This document shows, in pieces, positions 61,125 through 64,000 of a stretch of DNA of 64,000 nucleotides (the first letter of the stretch is position 1; each line of letters opens with the position of its first letter). Made by a program: the position numbers and the translations under genes. Source of the DNA: Lama guanicoe (lineage: Eukaryota). A model generated the notes under the pieces. That model did no database searches and had not been told where the DNA came from. It saw nothing but the letters and a program-made list of their open reading frames with translations. The stretch covers positions 1,332,355-1,396,354 of the forward strand of contig MU055744.1 of the NCBI GenBank assembly GCA_013239625.1, in the 5' to 3' direction.

Positions 61125-63245
61125 CAGCAAGTGTGCAGCCGGGACTTGCGGACTTTCTTGGAGGAGTTGCTCCAGCTCTGAAGTCTGCCTCTAGCCCGTG
61201 ACTCGGAGGGGAGTTGCCCGCCAACCTTGCAGCCTTCCACAGCCTGTGGGGTGGGGGGTGCTTGAAGTCCTGCACGTGGACGGTCCTGCCATCAGCCTGC
61301 CCCGGGCGGCCTGTCCTGGGTACGCTGCTTGTACATAGAGGGGATCCAGGCCAGCCCTGCTTGCCTGCCACCACCAGTGTGCTGAGGAGAGGGAGCACCA
61401 GTGGCACCCGAGCCGGGTGCTGGGTGACCGCTGAGGCCAGAGCGCACCTTGCTCCTGTCCCGTTGAGATGGCCCTCAGGAGCCTAGGTCTGAATGGCAGA
61501 TGCTGGTGGGGGAGGGCTGGGGACTGCAGAGGGGACCTTCCCCTGGCCCCTCCTGCTCAGGCTCTGGATCCTCAGCCCTCCTGCTTCCTGCTCTCCCAGG
61601 GGGAGGCTTCAGGCCTTGAGAGGCAGAAGGGACCGCAGCCAGGCTGCGGCCCCTGCCTGGCCCCAGCTGTGCGTGGTACAGAGGAGGAGAGCGTGGTGAG
61701 GGCCTGTGCGGCCCCCGACCCCCCATGACCCCCTGCACCAGGGGCGTGCGGAGGCCCCCGGGGCGGGCCGCGCTCTCGGGGGGAGCCGGAGGGACGTCGC
61801 AGTTGCCGACCCTGCCCCCAGTCAGTGGTACTGCCCTTTGCCCCGCGTCCTCGGTGTGTCTGTCCTGTCCTGCTGCCAAGTGGCTGCTGCCTTTGTAACC
61901 CTGACGTGGGTGGGGAAGAAAGCGGGGTTCCCCCTCGCTCGGCCTCTGCTGCTCACCCGCCTCCCCCGGAGGAGGCTCCCCACTGCTCCCAGGCAGGCGG
62001 GCCCTCTGGGCCTCCCATGTCCTGCAAGGTGGCCCCTGAGGGTCTCCCCAGCCTTTGCACAGATGTTGGTTCTAGCCTTGGCAAGTTTTCCTTCCAAGGG
62101 CTCCTGCCGCCCACGAAACGGGACCGTGGCCAGCCGAAATAAGTGCTCTTGGGGGTGGCTCCACCCCCTGAACTCCCCCTCCTCACTCCTCCTGGCCCTT
62201 GACCTCTGACCCTGTTCCCTCTGCCCGGACGTTGCATGAGACCCAGTGACCCTGTCTCCTCCGAGCTCTGCGCCAAAGCTGCGGTGAGACCCGGGCTCCG
62301 TGGCTCGCCTCCTCCCTTTGGTCAGCTGCACGAGACTGGGCGTCGTGAGGGCTGGATCTTGCCGGTGTGGGCGCTGGTGGCCTCGCTGCGGCCGGGGGTT
62401 CCCCTGAGGTCGCTCACCCAGCCAGCATCCTGGTGTGGGGAGGAGATGGGGAGGGCTCTGAGAGTAGCAAGGAGGAGGGGAGGCAGCCCGTGACGGCTGG
62501 AAGTGAGGGTGACAGGACCGCGTTGGGGGCCGTGGGGGAAGAAGGGGAAGAAAGACTCTTCCCGGAGAGAGCAGGCCCGAACCCCTGTCAGCGGGGCGCA
62601 GCCAGCCCGGCTGGCCCGGCCGTGAGCCCGGGACGCGAGAGGAGGAAGCCGGCCTGCCTCTTGTGTTTACGGTTGTCAGAAAGGTTTGGCTTTGGTTTTT
62701 GTTGTAGGGTTCTGTTTTGTTTCGTTTTGGGTTTGGCTTGTTTGCTTTTTAAGGGGGGAAAAAGGCTTGTGATTATTTCATCCAAAGCTCCCGTTTTCTA
62801 TCTGTGAATAAGAGGGAAGAGACTTTATCAGGCAAGAGATTAACGTATGTTTGAGATCATCATGAAACAAGGCGTCATGGTAACGACACTGAGCAAACCT
62901 GATTTGGAAGCCTGGTTCTTGTGAATGTTTCGTTTTGTTTGTGTTCGTTCCGAAACCTGGGCTCGGTTTGCTCTGGTTTTGCACTGCAGGGTGCGGGCGG
63001 GGAGGAGGGCTGGGTGGAGGCTGGGGCCCGGGGGGTTTTGGCAGGAGACGGGAGGCCCTCGAGGGGGCTGCGGGCCCGGGGCCTAAGGTCAGCTGTGAAC
63101 ACTTAGGAGCCCGATGCATGCGGGTCAGCGATCTGGGGCTCCTGCAGCTGCTGGTGACCCCAAACAGAATACAGACTGTACATTTGCCAGTAGGTTTTTC
63201 AGACCACGGTTTTTACTGCAAATAAACCCGAACTCTTTTCTGCAA
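61125..63245 (+). other. VAV2: VAV2 3'UTR (~2.1 kb)
   Basis: Runs from the stop codon to ~20 nt past the first downstream AATAAA; distal part is U/GU-rich. Confidence 0.8.
63221..63226 (+). terminator. Polyadenylation signal AATAAA
   Basis: Canonical hexamer with upstream TGTA (63177-80) and U-rich tract, and downstream GU-rich gtgactggtctttcgtggtg. Confidence 0.85.
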
Positions 63246-64000
63246 GAGTGACTGGTCTTTCGTGGTGGGGAGGAGAGGGTGGCCGGATTCCTGTGTCCAG
63301 CAGGGTCTTCCCTGTGGGGATGCTGTTGGCCCAGGGGACAGTGGCCTGGGTCAGACATGGGGCTTGGGGTGGCTCAGCCCCAGCACAGGTTGGGGGTCCA
63401 GACAGCACATAATGATGCCAGGCCACCGACCAGGCAGCTCCAGGCTGGCTCCGCGCCACGGACCCCCCGTGCAGGTCCTGTGATTCCTCCAGCAGCTGCC
63501 TGAGGCGGCGTCACTGTCTTCCCGTTTGGGTGGGACTCGGACCCCAGCCCTGACACTTGGATGTGTCCTTTAACTCCTGAACCTATTTATTTATATATAC
63601 ACGTTGGAGATAAAAATAGGCTCCCCAGAGGGTGCGTCTGTGGCTTATAGTAGAGAAAATCAGAACAGTGTGGTAGAGACGGATTGCTCCCCGATGGAGA
63701 AGCAGTCCAGAGGCAGTGGTCCAGGGTGGCTTGGAGCCCACCCCTACTCCAGACTCCTCTCCTCCGCAGCCTGCACTTCCCTCACAGTCACTTCGTGGTC
63801 CAAGGTGGCTGCTGGAGCTCCTGCCATCGAGTCCATGGCTAGAAGTGGAATTTGGTGCAGCATTTCCCCTTCCCCTCCTGACCACCCCTGGCTGCACTAG
63901 AGGCTAGAGATGCAGGACCTGGGTTGGGTGCACAGCCTGGAGAATGCTGGGTCCTGTTACTGAGGAGACAAGTCCACCTTGGGGTGGTGAAGGTCAAGGG

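Larger units (their letters stand above)
4675..63245 (+). other. VAV2: VAV2 gene, 5'-partial (exons 4-30 plus 3'UTR)
   Basis: 27 GT-AG exons join in frame (2257 nt) to give [22 protein letters not shown]...IGWFPSTYVEEEGVQ*, recognisable as VAV2 residues ~127-878. The 3' end is estimated from the polyA signal. Confidence 0.98.

Noticed and set aside
63583-63600. tatttatttata as the polyA signal of a convergent gene or as an AU-rich element
   Set aside because: No minus-strand exons are detectable, and it lies beyond the likely VAV2 cleavage site.
1-64000. tRNA, rRNA, snoRNA or miRNA genes, or a novel multi-gene system
   Set aside because: None recognisable by eye. An Infernal/Rfam and tRNAscan-SE search would be needed to exclude small intronic RNAs.

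Overview
GC-rich mammalian genomic DNA containing the 3' part of VAV2 (Rho/Rac guanine nucleotide exchange factor) on the + strand. It holds 27 coding exons (exons 4-30 in the 30-exon human numbering as I recall it), all with GT-AG boundaries. They splice into one intact 2257-nt frame covering the acidic region, DH, PH, C1, SH3, SH2 and SH3 domains, with the TGA stop at 61122-61124. A ~2.1 kb 3'UTR follows, with AATAAA at 63221. Exons 1-3 (CH domain) lie upstream of the window. Two 15-nt microexons, a 17+22-nt exon pair, an 87-nt cassette exon and a NAGNAG acceptor are present and mostly invisible in the ORF track. Introns carry MIR, L2, MER5/20/33, MLT1B and old and young L1 fragments, a 203-bp tandem duplication and a 16-N gap. 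The repeat content suggests a camelid-like artiodactyl (inference). I see no second gene and no new multi-gene system; nearly all listed ORFs are GC-rich noise. The best leads are cis-regulatory. One is a 14-bp hairpin just after microexon 6 that loops out a second, in-frame GTAAGT donor. The other is an NRF1/Sp/ETS motif cluster just upstream of a strong-Kozak in-frame ATG in exon 25, a candidate internal promoter for a short SH2-SH3 isoform. Repeat family names and comparisons with human come from memory of consensus sequences, and repeat boundaries are approximate.
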